Below, in pieces: positions 62,808 to 64,000 of a DNA stretch of 64,000 nt. Numbering within the stretch: the first letter of the stretch is position 1; the number at the start of each line of letters is the position of its first letter. Below the pieces are notes generated by a model that was given only the letters and a program-made list of their open reading frames with translations, was not told where the DNA came from and searched no databases. The position numbers and the translations under genes are program-made. The stretch is from Mobula hypostoma (taxonomy: Eukaryota), in contig NC_086097.1 of NCBI RefSeq assembly GCF_963921235.1, forward strand, positions 107,944,001 to 108,008,000, read 5' to 3'.

Positions 62808-62982
62808 CTTGAGGCTGAAGCAATGCTCCTTCTCTCTGGAGAGATGCATAATTTAGGAATGGTGGAATCACGACAATTAGAAGAAGGTACTTTAAAACTG
62901 AGGTAAGGCGAGAACAGATTCTCAAGAATGAAAATGAATCTGCATTGGTTTCTGTAGAACAACCTCGTGGTGTATTGGTTTT
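62808..62982 (-). CDS. Host gene coding exon A (175 nt, phase 0 to 1) of an alpha/beta-hydrolase-like protein; includes the hydrophobic putative membrane anchor
   Basis: Acceptor ttgtctctttcttctccag and donor CAAG|gtgaga. Translates KTNTPRGCSTETNADSFSFLRICSRLTSVLKYLLLIVVIPPFLNYASLQREGALLQPQ and joins in frame to the exon at 55296. Confidence 0.85.
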
Positions 62983-63554
62983 CTGGAGAAGAAAGAGACA
63001 AGTAAACAAAATGATGGCAAAACAATATTTGATGCAGGACAAATTACCATATCAAATTGTGCACATACCAGCAGTAATAAAATTAAATTAAATGCATTAG
63101 GAGTACGAACACATTGCTTTATCTCCCCTCTATCCAGTCTTCCACTGCTTGTCAGTGAAGCACTTACACAAAGCAAGCTGAATAGGAATTGAAATCTTCC
63201 TGCAGGGATTCATTATTAAAATATTGAACCAAACTTACTGGCCATATTATCCCTGGCTACAATTTTCAATATTCCTCCTTGAAGTAGTCTGGTAGTTTTT
63301 ATTACAATAATGAAATCATAAAAGGCCATGAACTAAAAGAAAGCAGAATAAGCTTGAGGAGCTGAAAACATTGGAATTGTTTTCACACTAATAGTTCATG
63401 TTTACAACTACTTTCTTTACTTAAGTAGTATAAATCCAAGTTTATTGTCATTCAACCATACAGATGTATACAGCTAAACAAAATGTCATTCCACTGAGGC
63501 CGAGCTGCAAAACACAACAGATATAGTTACATTCTAGCAAAATAACATGTCCCT

Positions 63555-64000
63555 GAGACAACAAGATGTAGGAGCAGAATTAGGCTATTGGCCCATCAAG
63601 TCTACTCCACCATTTCATCATGGCTCATCAATTATTCCTCTCAACCCCAATCCCCATATCCCTTCAAGCCCTGACAAATCAAGAACCTCTGCTTTAAATA
63701 TACCAATAACTGTCATCCACAGATACTTGTGGCAAAGAATTCCACAGATTCAACACTGTCTGGGAAAGAAATTCCTCCTCATCTCCATTCTAAAAGGACA
63801 CCCCTCTATTCTGAGGCTGTGTCCTCTGTTCTTAGACTCTCTCACCATAGGAAACATCCTCTCCACATCCTTTCTATCAAGACCTTTCACCATTTGATAG
63901 GTTTCAATTAGGTCACCCCTCATTCTTCTGAATTCCAGTGAATGCAGGCCCACAGCCATCAAAAACTCTTCATGTGAAAAACCGTTCAATCCTGGAATCA
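63555..64000 (-). mobile_element. CR1 3' fragment (runs off the window end)
   Basis: GLHSLEFRRMRGDLIETYQMVKGLDR...RRNFF and a CR1 3' UTR. Confidence 0.85.

Noticed and set aside
62794..63042. 82-aa ORF read as a standalone small membrane protein
   Set aside because: Its N-terminal part is the translated polypyrimidine tract of a splice acceptor and it runs past a donor at 62808. It is exon A plus intron.

Overview
This is vertebrate nuclear DNA, not microbial. The repeat repertoire suggests a cartilaginous fish such as a ray (inference, not tested). Most of the window is transposable elements: CR1, Rex1/L2-type, L1, Tx1 and RTE-like LINEs, Penelope-like elements, a complete CsRn1-type Gypsy provirus, two other LTRs, hAT-Charlie, Tc1 and Tigger DNA transposons, and tRNA-derived SINEs. 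Several are nested and have readable target-site duplications (TSDs). Hidden among them are four small coding exons on the minus strand (62982-62808, 55296-55225, 20056-19980, 8746-8646), only the first of which appears in the ORF track. They have GT-AG ends and matching phases, and they splice into one open 425-nt frame. The product is a membrane-anchored alpha/beta-hydrolase-like protein (...LLIVVIPPFLNYASLQRE...GQPVVIFDAPTGMSSDVW...ACIYDRAGLGFS...). Most of the window is therefore TE-inflated intron, and the start and end of the gene were not found here. Other notable items are minimal hammerhead-ribozyme motifs in the Penelope termini, a higher-order 48-bp minisatellite and a long hairpin inside a Tigger derivative. 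I found no clearly novel multi-gene system. All coordinates were read by eye, and the boundaries of old, degraded repeats are approximate.
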